Assembly (NCBI RefSeq): GCF_001194135.2
Contig: NC_068986.1
Span: 63,303,335 to 63,356,944, forward strand
DNA from: Octopus bimaculoides
Lineage: Eukaryota
Direction: 5' to 3'
DNA length: 53,610 nt
The notes beneath the pieces are model-generated. The model was not told the DNA's origin and did no database searches. It saw only the letters and a program-made list of their open reading frames with translations. The position numbers and the translations under genes were made by a program. Positions 34,843-47,849 of the stretch are shown one piece after another (position 1 is the stretch's first letter; each line of letters begins with the position of its first letter).

Positions 34843-36248
34843 AGAAACTCTGCCAGATCACATTGGAGCCTGGTGTAGCCATCTGGTTCACCAGTCCTCA
34901 GTCAAATTGTCCGTATATGTTGTTGTCACAGATCACGTATGTGTAGTCGTGTGTGTTTTTACGTATCTATGTTATGAAAAATAGGTAAAGAATACTGAGA
35001 GGAAAGTTTAATCTATGAGTTTGTATGTATCACTTTCTCTCTCTCTCTCTCTCCCTCTTTTACTCTTACTCTCTATATTATATGTTGAGCGCGTGTGTAA
35101 AAACGCCGTTCCAGGTAGAAGGGAAGAAATATAAAAGTTGCTAGAAACAACAGTCAAATCTCCCTTAAATCACACAAAGTAAACCGAATTTTAAAAATCT
35201 AATTACTGCACTGGGAAGTTCACATTAAGAAAATTCCATTGAAGTAAAAAATTTTACGATAAAGTGGAAAATGTGGATTTCTATAGATGCAATACACACA
35301 CACACATATACACACTCACAAACTCAGCTATATAGATATAGATTATTAATTATTTTAACAAATCTTAAAAAGTTGAATGATGCAGACTTTTGGGGGGTAA
35401 GTTTTTGTATTGTGTCAGCATTCCCACTGTTTAGTTATTCGAACATGTACTATAGGGTAATTTTTATACAGGAAGTTGTCTTTAATAGTGGTGTTGACAG
35501 TTTCCAGTTTAGTTTCAGATTTAGAATTCTTATAATAAAGTATTTTTCTTTTGCCTTTTTTAGTTGACCATTTATTCCTTTATTTTGAAAAATGGTATAT
35601 ATTTTGAATTTTTCATTTGCACAAATGTCTACATGTTCTCTACAAGGAACATTTTTAAGAGATGAATTTATGTTTAATTTGTTGTTTATGTGCTCAAATG
35701 CAATGTGTTAATTTTGATCATGTCCAGCTGATGTAATCTTCATTTCATTGTGGACATGTGATGCACTAAATGAAATTTTTTGTTTTGCCACTCATACTTG
35801 CATTAACCTTCAAGTCTTTCTCATTATTGATTCCTTTGGTTGTTCTCTGTTCAGTTATTTTGCACATCCTACAATGAAGGTCTCAGTAGTTTTTTATCTA
35901 CATTATTTTTTCTTCTTACATGAATTTTCACCTTTGCTAAGTTTGTTGGTTGTCTTCAGCTGTTGATAATTTGTTATTCTTTAATTATTTTACTGAGATT
36001 TGATGATTGATGCAATATCAGGCAGTATGATTTGGCCAAATGTAAGATTTGTGGTTTCTAGGATTATGGTTGACTATATATAGATATATTTATGTCTTCT
36101 TTCATTCTGTGTGTTTGTTCTGAGTATGTATCTGCTACCAGTAATCAAATTTGTTGCTTTTACCATGTCTGTGAAGGGTGAATGATAACCATTGATAAGT
36201 GAAAAGGAACTTGAGATTTTTATTGCATTTAGATCATCGTGAAAATTA

Positions 36249-37273
36249 ATGCGTAAACTTGCAAGGAATGAAGCCAGTATGCTCCGCTGGATGTGTAATG
36301 TCAGTGTGTATACTCGACAGAGTGTAAGTAACTTGAGAGAAAAGTTGGACCGAAGAAGCATCAGATGTGGTGTGCAAGACAGACGATTGCGCTAGTATGG
36401 TCATGTGGTGAGAATAGATGAGGATAGCTGTGTGAAAAAGTGTCACACTCTAGCAGTTGAGGGAACCTGTGGAAGAGGTANNNNNNNNNNTGTGAAAAAG
36501 TGTCACACTCTAGCAGTTGAGGGAACCTGTGGAAGAGGTAGACCCAGGAAGACCTGGGATGAGGTGGTGAAGCACGACCTTCGAACATTATGCCTCACCG
36601 AGGCAATGGCTAGTAACCAAGACCTTTGGAAATATGCTGTGCTTGAGAAGACCCGGCAAGCCAAGTGAGAGCATATTCTGTGTGGTGTAACCTGTATATA
36701 TGGTGTAATCTGTGTGGTGCCAGTGGTGTAACCAGCCCACTTATGCATACCTTTCCTTCATTGGACACTAAACTCTGCTTGCAAAGACCTGCTGAGGCAA
36801 GTGAAATCAAAATCAAATTCGATGACATCACCGCTTAACTGACATCTGTGCTAGTGGAGCGCTAAGAGCACCATCCAAGCGTGATCGTTGCCAGGGCTGC
36901 TGACTGGCTCCCGTGCCAGTGGCATGTAAAAAGCACCATTCCAGCGTGATCGTTATCAGCATCGCCTTACTGGCACTTGTGCTGGTGGCACATGAAAGAC
37001 AACGTTTGAGCGAGGTTGTTGCCAGTGCTGCTGAACTGTCTCCTGTGCAGATGACACGTAAAAAACACCTTTTGAGCGTGGCCGTTGCCAGTGCCGGTGG
37101 CACATAAAAGCACCCACTACACTCTCAGAGTGATTGGCGTTAGGAAAGGCATCCAGCTGTAGAAACTCTGCCATATCAGATTGGAGCCTGGTGCAGCCAT
37201 CTGACTCATCAGTCCCCAGTCAAACCGTCCAACCCATGCCAGCATAGAAAGCGGTCATTAAATGATGATGATG
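36249..37273 (+). mobile_element. 5'-truncated RTE-clade LINE
   Basis: RKLARNEASMLRWMC...RRLR*YGHVVR...GRGRPRKTWDEVV; 3' UTR with tandem repeats; (GAT)n tail. Confidence 0.85.
36481..36490. other. 10-N gap with a duplicated 50-bp overlap
   Basis: 36431-36480 and 36491-36540 are identical. Confidence 0.9.
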
Positions 37274-38392
37274 TAGCACATAAGTACAACACTGCAAAGC
37301 TCTTACTTGTCTAACTAAATTGTAAAGTTCTTACCTGTCTAACTAACTGTACTGCTATACCCGAGTGGCAATGGGGAATTAGCAAACTCATGAGGATTAA
37401 ACAAATTCACAAGCATTTACGAAACTCACAAAAGTCTTTTTGTACAAATTTTACTGTATACAGAATCATAAAATTATGGAAGAATTGTTGACCAGTTTGC
37501 TCGAGTTGCAGAAACAGCAACAACAACAAATACTATTGCAGCAACAAATGCTGCAATTAATGAATAGTAAGTCAACAAAAAATGCTGAAAAGATGTTCTC
37601 ACCAGATTATGTTGCAAACTCAATAACGGAATTTAATTATGAACCAGACAAAGGAGTTAGCTTCAAGGCATACTATAGAAGATATGAACAGATCTTCAAT
37701 AAAGGGTGCAACGATTGGGACGACAACATGAAAACGCGTCTAATCCTTAGAAAACTGGCAGCAGGAGAACATGAACATTACAGCAATTATGTACTCCCCG
37801 AAAAAACATAAACTTTAAAAATACAATAGACATATTTGTTAAAGAAAAATGCAAAATAGTGCTGGACTGATAAGTGCCAGAAGGCATTTAACAAATTAAA
37901 AAAGCATTTTAACATTGAACTTATTGTTAACGCATTTTGATCCAAAGCTGGATATTATATTGGTTACAGATGCAAGTGATTATGGTGTAGGAGCAGTGCT
38001 CCTGCACAAATATGACGATGGAAGTAAAAAGGTTATATAGCCCATGCATCATGATTGTTATTACTCGCTGAAAGGAACTATAGCCAAATAGAAGTGTTAG
38101 CAATCATATTCAGTGTGAAAAAATTCCATAGATATATCCATGGAAGAAGTTTCTGTCTACAAACGGATCATCACCCACTTCTGTCAATATACGGTCCTAA
38201 AAAAGGAATACCAACACATACAGCGAATAAACTACAGTGATAGGGCACTATATTATTGAATTATGATTACAAAATGGAATATTTACTGTCAAAAATGTTA
38301 TGTGGAATGTGGTACATGAATTACCAGTAACCTTAGAAGACATAAAATGAAATGCAGAAAAGTACAAATTCATAACAGAAACAAAAAGAATA

Positions 38393-41300
38393 CAGACATA
38401 CCTCACCCGATGTCGTTAATTGGTTCCAGGAGACATGACTTAAGTCAAATTAACTTGTCTCTAGGCTAGGCTAGGCCGAATTTACTTATCTCTAGGCTAG
38501 ACTAGGCCGAATTTACTTGTCTCTAGGCTAGACTAGGCCGAATTTACTTGTCTCTAGGCTAAACCGATAATAACTATTCCCAGTTCCGTACTTTATTTAT
38601 GAATGCATGCTCAATAATATATGGTTAATAAAAAACCTATTTTAAGCTTACAAACAAATACTTTTTATTTTTTAATACAGTACAGTAAAAAAAAAGTAAT
38701 CTAAATTTATGAATACAATTTGGTGGTGTTTACTGTACACCGCAGACACTTTATCTATGAATGTGGTTTGCAATAAGACATGGTAAAATAAAAGCCTTTT
38801 TTAAGCTTGAAAAACAAATTCAGTAATTATTGTTATTTTGCAATAGCAAAACAAAACTAAATTATTTTTAATTTACCTATACGTACATACAATTTGGTGG
38901 TTTACATCGCAGATGTAGATGGCTGTGGATCATCAACATCAACAACTGACTTTGGCTCTTCTTGTTCAATGCGCTTAAAAAACCAGTCAAGAGTTCCTGG
39001 AACTGTCTTCTTCTTTTCCTTAAGGATTACATTATAAGAAGCAAAAGCTTTGTGATAAGCCCCCATAATCTTGGAAAAGCTTTAAGTGTTTCTATCCATA
39101 TCTTTGGACATAGAAAGATCTTTCTTGATATATGTAAATGATTACTACATTTTCTTAATGGTAAAGCGACATGGCTCAGGTTCGACTTCCTCTTCTTCAT
39201 TTTGCTGCTTGTGAAACTCTATCAAATCTTCATTCGTCAGGGGCTGCTTGTCTTTTTCAAATAAATCTGTGAAATTCTCCTCCTCCAGATCCTTTTCCAG
39301 TTCTTTGCTCATAGTAATCAATGTTTTGTTGATGGCAACATTATCAAACCCCTTTAAATCAATCACAAACTGCAGGCATAGCTTCTTCCATACACCATCT
39401 ATAGCCATGCTCTGTACATCATTCCATGCCACTGCTATGTTCTGTACAGCCTTGTAGATATTTTATCTCTTCCAAAAATCACGAAGTGTGATGGACTCAT
39501 CAAGATCAGTTGCAGCTATTGCTTGCTGCAGTGTATACTTCATATAGTAACTCTTGGAGATAGCAATTATTCCCTGATCCATTGGCTGCAGAAGAGACAT
39601 GGTGTTCGGAGGGAGGTATATGACAGTAATGTTGGGGTCAAAATCTACAATGTTTTGCAAGAGGCCAGGAACATTATCTAACAGAAGTAAAACCTTAAAA
39701 GGAATCCCCTTCTCCTTACAGTACTTCTCTGCTGTTGGGATAAAATGATTGAAGAACCATCTTCAAAAACAACAACAGTAACCTATGCTTTTGAATTAGC
39801 CATCCATATAACAAGAGATGCCTTGGGTATGTTTTTCAGGGTGCAGGGGTTGTGTGCATGATACACAAGCAATGGCTTTAACTTAAAACTCCTGCACACT
39901 TATCTCCCAACATAATGGTCACACTTTCTTTTGAGACCTTGTAGCCTGGAATAGTTTTCTCCTCTTTGAAAATGAATGAACGGTCTGGCAATTTTTTCCA
40001 ATACAATCCAATTTTGTCTACATTAAAAATCTGTTTGGGAAGAAACCCGTTTTCTTCGATGATTTGTTTTAATGCATTAGGAAATTCTGTTGCTGCTTGT
40101 TTGTCAGCTGATGCACTTTCACCTTGCTTCTTAATGGAGTAATAACTTCTTTGCTCCTTAAATCTCATGAACCATCCTTGACTTGCCTTGAACTCTACAT
40201 CTTTCTCATCTGGATATTTTTTCTTCAGGTCCTCAAACAAAGACAATGCTTTCTCTTGAATGATTTCTTGACTAATAATAGCACGCTGACAATTCAACCT
40301 AACAATCCAAAGAAAAAAAAGACTTTCCATTTCTTCAAAGATTTTGCCTCTTATTGATGACTATGTTATTCATCCCTGGAGCTTCAGATTTGATATGTGC
40401 TAAAATCTTGTACTTATTATGTACAATCATCGATACAGTTGTCCGACTCATCCCAAAAGATCGTGGAATTACTATCACTTTTTCACCTTCTTCATAGCAT
40501 TTTATCATAGCCAGTTTATCTTCCAGCATTATAGTATGATGCTTAGCACTTACACTATGAATTTTCTTAGGAGTCATGGGGGGGCAAAAAAATCAAGTCA
40601 CAAATAGACAAGAAAGAGAAAATAGCCGATAAACGGATGTAAACAAATCTGAATTCAAAACAATCGCAGGAATCACAAATGACAATGATGCCTAACAGTA
40701 GATATTGGAACTACAGTGCAATATGAGCTCCAAAAGACCTATAACGGTTTGTGTTAGGAGTCAGAGGTTACCATTTCTAACGATATATTTTAGGATATGT
40801 GTTGGAGTCTGCAGTTACTAATTGTTATAAAGGTAAATGTTATTGTCAGTTGTTACCATTGTAACACTAGAGGCAGCTATTTGTTTTGAGTTGTTATATC
40901 GATGATGGTGATGTTGTAGATGTGAAAGAAAATGAAAGAAGAATAGTAGTTGAAGTTCATGTTAACTCCTAATTTATTTACCGTTACTTTATAATATGTC
41001 ATGTCTCGACAGGCATATGTGTATCATATAAAAATAATAGAGAGAGTTATCTTTTCTTGTATGTTGTTACTGTTTATGTTGGCCAACTATTAGCTGCCTA
41101 GCTAGGGATTACAGGAAGATAGAGTGAATGTAAGTGTAGGAAGTTGATAAAACGATACCTTCGTTGTGCCTGACATTTAAACAACAATGGTGTTGGGATA
41201 AGACACTGTATCATAATTGACATTCTAGCTGTAAGCCTTCTCTCAGTTGAATTATTTCACTAAATGAATTCTGCCTATGGTCGCCTCTGTGTCATCTCCT

Positions 41301-41855
41301 TTTTTCAACTAAACTTTTTCCTATGGTGTTTTAGTATTTATGATTATCCAAACTTGTCAGGAGAGACATATTGTTGAAAACAATAGATTTCGTTGGAGGT
41401 CAACCTGTTATCTCAATTCTAACTTTTCATGGCCTAGAAGAGGTTAGGAGGATCAAGTGGCAAAGACATAAATCGGCTTTACAAAGCCAGCTGGTAAATG
41501 TAACTGCTATCACTATTGTTTTCTCCATGAGAAAAGTACTGTTGAAATGTTAAAGGAAATTGGCAGATTCAGGTTCGAATCTACTTTATGCCTAAATGAA
41601 GTCACTACAGACTGATAAATAAGACAACACTACTGATTTCATGATTTCGTCCACTAAGCTACACTACTTTATGATGTGTATCTTAACATTTACTGTATGT
41701 ATTTTAATATGGTTTTCTAGTGATTTTATGATTCCAGTATTTGTGGCGGACATACGTAAAGTCAAGTAAAATGACTTAACTTGATTTTTATTTTTCCATA
41801 TATTATCTTTGAAAACCAATGTATAATCGAAACAACAAAAGTCAAGGTATGCCTA
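38393..41855 (-). mobile_element. pogo/Tigger (TIGD1-like) DNA transposon, decayed
   Basis: TA|CAGACATACCT ... AGGTATGCCTA|TA. Transposase fragments 40577 to 39145: psq-HTH, FKASQGWFMRFK, QIFNVDK..LYWK, LPPNTMSLLQPMDQGII. Removing the element restores the pol frame (FITETKRI-LRTGKVN). Confidence 0.85.
38453..38561. repeat. 31-bp tandem repeat, 3.5 copies
   Basis: ACTT(G/A)TCTCTAGGCTAG(G/A)CTAGGCCGAATTT; units start at 38453, 38484, 38515 and 38546. Confidence 0.95.
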
Positions 41856-43804
41856 TACTGAGGACAGGAAAAGTAAATAGGAACAGGATTGATGCAAAAT
41901 GAAACCAGGATGTGAACCTATACTCAATTTGTGATGGCGTCCTGATGTATACACAGAGAGTAGTAATACCTGAAACACTGCAAAAGAAAATGTTGAGGGA
42001 ATTCCATGTTGGACATTCTGGTATTTTAAGTATGAAAGCTTTAATACATAGCTACATGTACTGGCCAAAAGTGGATAGAGAAATCGAAAATTTAGTACAA
42101 GGCTGCAGAGGATGTGCTCTAGCGATGAAATTATCGACAATAAAAAGTGAACCTTGTCCAAAAGTAGAATCTCTGTAGTCAAGGCTACACATTGATTTCG
42201 CTGGTCTCCAAAACGGTTAATGCTACTTAGTGGTAGTAGATAGTTTCTCTAACTGGCCAGAAATTTGTAAGTGTAAAAAAGCCAACTTCCTCAACTATGA
42301 CAAACTTTCTACATGAGTTGTTTGCGAGATTTGATGTCCCAGGCAGGATAGTATCTGACAATGGAACACAATTTGTGTTTTGAGTTCAAAAAGTTTTGTA
42401 AAACATTTGTAGAACATGTAACTACAGCACCATGCCATCTAACAGACAAGCAGAATGCTTTGTTGATATGTTCAAGAGAGCCCTAAGAAAGTCAAATAAG
42501 AAAGTCATAGATGAGGTAGCTCTACAACACTTCTTAAGAGTATACCATGTGACACCAAATCTAAATACATCAGCAGGTATGTCACCAGAGGAGGTGCTGT
42601 TTGCGAGGAAAATAAAATCAGTCTTTGACAAATTGCTACCTGGTAAGAAAAGACAAATTGCAATGGATATCTTGCTGTATTAGCAAGATATTTCAAAATT
42701 GGGGAAAATGTATTTGTTAGGGCATATAAGAATGGAAAACAAAGTTGGGAGGATGGCGTGATTACCAAATGCATAGGGAAAATGCTATACTTGGTAAAAG
42801 AAGAAAAGGAGTATACAAGAGACACATGAACCAACTAAAAAACAAGATTTATTAAGAGCGAACCCAAGAGAATGGAAGAACCAATGGAAAGATTATATGA
42901 TACTTTTCAAGTACCAACACTACTACAAATAATTGAATCCAGATGCACAAGAAAAAAAGAAAATGTATGGAGTTCCTGGAAGTGGATGCCAAACGAAAAA
43001 GTATTAAATTTGTAACTGTATGAAAAAAAAAAAAAAACTCATAAAAAGAGGTGAGGAGATGTAAGAATTATTGCTAATAAAAAGAAATAAAATTACACTC
43101 CCTAAGAAAAAAGAAAAACTTAAAAGGGGAGATTATTATGGGAATATTAATAATAATGGAACACCTCTCCCACGTGACAAGTGGTATGTATTAGTTGTTA
43201 CAAATACTGTGACATCGAGCAGTCATAAAAGTCGGTCATAGATAGATAGTCGTGTCATACCTGTCTAACTAACTATACTGCTATACCAGAGTGGACGTTA
43301 TAACAATCCAACAATTGGATTACAACAATTTTATTAAGCCCTAGAAGGACAAAAGGTTAAGATGATCATGATAGTATTTAAAATCAGAATGTTAAAGGCT
43401 TCAAATGGTAAAATTGGTAAAGAGTTGGACAGAATACAGCAAGTTATGCTGTCCAACTCTCTACTAATTCTACCATTTAAAATAATTAGTCTAGTTGACA
43501 TTAAACAGTATAAGCTCTTATATGAGCCAGAAAAGAGGGGACAGGCCCACTTGAATGGACTCAAACCTCTTATTACTTGTCATAGTGTAAATATAGTATA
43601 ATTGGTAATGCAGTTGCCTGATAAGCAATAATTATGATGCTTGTATCCTGTTAGATAGGCTTTTCTGGCTTAAATTGGTCTTTTTAATATCCAATCTCAT
43701 TTACATGAAACCACTTAATTCCTAATTTAATCCAGCATGTTACTGCTTCAATTAATGTCCCTTAATAATAATTTTTTTTTACTTGGACATAAGGTAAAGA
43801 AGTG

Positions 43805-44760
43805 CAAGAATTCCTCACTTTATGGAAGTAATGCATTCCTGAAAATCTAGTCATAACGCAAAATTCTATAATGTAAAGTTAATTTTGCTATTTATTTTCA
43901 AGTGAGATTGCATTCCTATGGACATTTTTGGAAAAAAAAAGATGAAGTACAAGAAAACAACAGAGAACAAGCAACATGAATATAACAATTTCTAAAAATT
44001 CAAGGTTCAATATAGAAATAAAGAAATACAAAAGCATTTCAAGAGGAATAAGTTAGGGAATCAATAAGAATCATAATACCATAGGAGTATGTTATTACCA
44101 CTAAAAATGTTTACTGTATGAGGGGGTGGGGGTGGAATGAGTCCTATGATTTCTGGAAGTTTTATATCCTGGTGTTGATTTTTCATCTCAAGAAATAAAA
44201 GTTCTAGCAAGCATGCACTTCCAGAAAAGTGCAGTCTCATCAACATTGGATACTCGATCTGGTGTGTAACCCCCTTCAGCAGTCATTTTCTTCAACTGTC
44301 CGTGATAATTAATAGCAGCCTCTGTATTGGCACTCGCAGTTTCACAAATCATTTTTATGTTGTGCAAATTCATGCTCTTCTTAAACCTTTTAAACTAGTC
44401 TTTACTAGCCAAAAAGAGTTTATCATTAAAAGTTTCACTTTCCTTTTTCTGAAAATCTCCATATGAAGTTTTGGTCCATTCTTGGAATTACCTTTGTATT
44501 TATTGGCACATCATGTCAATTCTGGTCTTTGATCCATACACTCAAGAGTCATTCCATTTTAAGCATTACATCAGATCTATTGGAAAATAAGGTCCAGACA
44601 GTTAACTGGTTAGCTTCTTGAGCACGTGACAATTTTCTCTCTGTTGTCACATATTGTTTCCACTGTAGACATTGCAAGATTTAATGTTTTGGCAGTATAA
44701 CATAGTTTTACTTCCACTTCTTTTTAAAATATCAAGTTTAATATCCAACCTTTATGGTTC
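43805..44760 (-). mobile_element. Second pogo/Tigger-like remnant
   Basis: ORF 44188-44373 ...EGGYTPDRVSNVDETALFWKCM...RTFIS is the typical start of the DDE_1 domain. Boundaries are approximate. Confidence 0.65.
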
Positions 44761-45062
44761 CTTTTCCCACTATTTTCTCCATTTCTACTTGATAACTTCT
44801 TTCTAGACATCTTGAATTGAAGGCAAATGCAACAGCAGTGGCATTAATTTTCCACAACAAATACATAGTGAAAAAATTTGGCCCAGAAAAGATCCAATTT
44901 GTAAGAACAGAAAATTGTCTTATTCCTATTGTAGTCATAATGAAAACAATATGAAATGGAGAAGGATTGTAGAAGAGAAAGTACTAGATGATTACAGTTA
45001 ACTGAAGGGTCACCAGATTTTATAGGCATTTCTGACTTAAGACATAAATACACACAATCACT

Positions 45063-45101
<39 letters not shown>

Positions 45102-46654
45102 ATGCACACACATGTTGGCATACATGCTGATAACTGTTGTACCCAGTTGGATTCAAAAGTTGATGAGTTGATCATGGTGATGATGTGGGTTGCATTTGTT
45201 TAGATGTTAGTGATGGTGGGTGAGTATTCTTGGTGGTCTGGTGGTCATATTGTTAATACTATTGCTACTAGTATTGTTGTGGGTGTTTAGTCTCTGGTCA
45301 ATCCTCATAGACTGAAGATCGAAAACATTTCATTAAACTTTTTAAAATACACTAGGATACCACATTATAATTTTTACTTTGAAATGGATTTGCTTATCTA
45401 TTTCATACTATATATTATTGTTGCTGGCTGCGTTCATGTTGATAAAAACACATACATGCATACACACATTCATATATATATATATATATATATATGAATG
45501 AGTGTATATATGTATATACTCACATTATGTGCATTATATATACATGTGTGTAACGTGATGACAGGTTTTCAAATTGTTAATTATATTCTTTGATCTTAAA
45601 TAAAATGTAAGTGGCCATTGAGCTAAGAAGAAAGTGTAGTTTTAAATTGTGCAGTATGAGTTTCTGTAAGAGAATGTATCCCAAAATTAATGGTCATACT
45701 TTACAATTTTCATAAGTACAAAATCTCATACCTAAAGTAGCTGTAACATGGGGGATACCTACATAGTTGATTATAGTGACTCCTATACTTTATCAACCTT
45801 CAGAAGGATGAAAGGCAAAGTTGAGCTTGGCAGTATTTGAACTCAGAACATAACTAAATACCACAAAGCATTTTGTCTGATGTTTTTTTGATTCTGCCAA
45901 AATAAAATTTACTTGTAGAAAGCATTGTATGATACAATAAATTCTCAGCAAGTGAAGTGTGACAACCACTTGTGACCTTCTGATTAAAACTATCTCAGCT
46001 TCACTTACACTTCCTTACTCACCCTCTTTAAAGGCCTATATCTCAACTCCTTCATTCTCATTTTGGCTTTCTTTGAAGCTATTCTAATTATCTTTTTTTT
46101 CAAGAGACATATGTTGAGTGCAAATAGTTCAAGAAGAGAAATACAAGCATTTGCTGTCTGTCACAATTATTCATAACTGCATGTGATAAAATGTCATATT
46201 ATTTAGTATCACTTGCAATAAATTCTGAAAATACTCAAGGAAAATTTTTCTTTGCTCCTAATAAATTACTACTTCCCTTGGCCCTTTCAACACAAATATT
46301 TTATTTGACTGGGACTTTGTAAGTTGGGTGGATAAGGTTAAATTATTGAAGAGATTTGTTATCTTGCTCCTCACCCCAGTTTTCATTTCTTTACCAATAC
46401 TCAATATTTTTCCTTCTTTTAATTCATTCTTTAGTTTAGATTTTCTCCAGTAAATCTTGAACAAAATATGTTTGCATAGAGGGTGGTATGTGTGCATGGA
46501 TTTCTGCATTGTAGTTGTGCCTGTGTATGGTGTGTTTTTGTCTGTTTTGTGTATATACATATGCACATCTATATGTATGTCTATATTTTAAAAATTTTAA
46601 TTCCAAATTTTACAAATACATCATCATTAATGTACTTCTGTTTTTTCCAATCAG

Positions 46655-46728
46655 ATTCTGGTGAAGATTCTTGTGCAACACCACATGATTTAAACATTCG
46701 CATAATGAAAACGGAACATGAATTAGAA
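46655..46728 (+). CDS. DNMBP: Probable next DNMBP-like exon (74 nt), D-SGEDSCATPHDLNIRIMKTEHELE
   Basis: Pyrimidine tract plus TCAG| acceptor and GAA|GTATGT donor. Phase 1 entry matches the phase 1 exit of the 22366-24186 exon. The heptad-like end fits a pre-DH coiled coil. Missed intervening exons cannot be excluded. Confidence 0.55.
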
Positions 46729-47815
46729 GTATGTATTGATTGACATATTTCTTTCTCTCAAGCTTGGGAGTATTTCTTTTTTTTTTTTTAATGTTCTAAT
46801 TTAACCCTTTTAAGATGACTTTTCTTTGCAGTTCTTAAAGCAGTTCTAACAGTGAATCTTAGTGCCAATGAATTAATGTGATTTATTCATTCAATATATT
46901 CATGAGATTCAATTAATACATGGTTACGGAAAATTTTATTTTAGATATTCATGAGGTTAGATTAGGTCTGGGTTGTAGGTAGCACAAAGTAAAATAATCA
47001 AGTAGATATGGTACCTAGCTATCAGCATGTGAAAATCTTGCATTCAGACCAACTGCAAACCCTTTGTTTTGTACTTTAACTGCACACGTAATTATATACA
47101 TGTCAATTTACTTAGCTGCTGCAAAATAGGTACAAGATTCTCTGATAAATGTTATATGAGAGTCCAGTGTTTTGTCAAGGCCATGATTCTTAACTAAAAG
47201 ATCTATGGTGATCTTAAAGAACCCCTGGGTGGAAAGGAGACTGCTGAGTGACCCTAATCAAGATCTTTACTACAGATTCTTGAATATGTTACCTTGTATG
47301 GTCTACATATTTTTGGACAGAATGAACCAGAGTATATTCCAGCTTTTACAGCATAAATTTAGGCCTATTGTAAGCCTAAATTTGAACTTGATGGTAGAAA
47401 AACAATGAAAAATGTAACAGCTTTACAACATACCTACAGCCTTCAGTCATGGGTTGCACCTTTTTCTTAGCACCTATGTACATTGAGGTGAACAGAGTCA
47501 TTGATTGAGGTTGAAGTATCTAACATACCTACTTTTGCTGTACAAATGTTAAGGTTGTTTTTAACAATAAAAGAGTAACCTTGAAGTCTGATATAAAAAA
47601 ACAAGTAATGCATGAACTGCTTCACAAAAGACTGCCTTGATTGGCTCAATACAGTTTGAAATAATCTATATCAATTCCATAGCATTGCTATTTATTTTAC
47701 TCTTCATTGAAAATTATGTAAAATTGTCAGTATAATGGGTATGTGCATACACTCACAATACAGTAGTATGAGATTTGATGCATGTATTCCATCATATTGA
47801 TTGAAATAAATCATC

Positions 47816-47849
<34 letters not shown>

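Larger units (their letters stand above)
33181..35343. mobile_element. Possible non-autonomous Helentron/HINE-like element with internal rearranged repeats
   Basis: Starts ACTAGCAGTATAACCC and ends (CA)n-AAACTCAGCTATATAGATATAGATT, the general form I recall for DINE-1/HINE ends. Boundaries and class are inferred. Confidence 0.35.
37305..43305 (+). mobile_element. Internally deleted Ty3/Gypsy LTR retrotransposon, interrupted by a Tigger element
   Basis: 5' LTR remnant TACCTGTCTAACTAACTGTACTGCTATACC matches 43257-43287. gag-like ORF 37476-37811; RNase H LVTDAS...AERNYSQIE...LQTDHHPL; integrase HHCC region (HVGHSG...YWP...CRGC) and core at 41900-42700; PPT AAAAGGGGAGA 43122-32; 3' LTR ~43134-43305 ending ATAACA. 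Confidence 0.85.

Noticed and set aside
36431-36540. Perfect 50-bp direct repeat within the RTE ORF
   Set aside because: The copies flank a 10-N gap; this is an unmerged contig overlap.
38453-38561. Tandem repeats here and at 48993-49303 as CRISPR arrays
   Set aside because: No unique spacers, no cas genes, and the context is eukaryotic.
45280-45335. ...CTCATAGACTGAAGATCGAAAAC resembling a degenerate Penelope/hammerhead end
   Set aside because: Core and stems cannot be assigned consistently.
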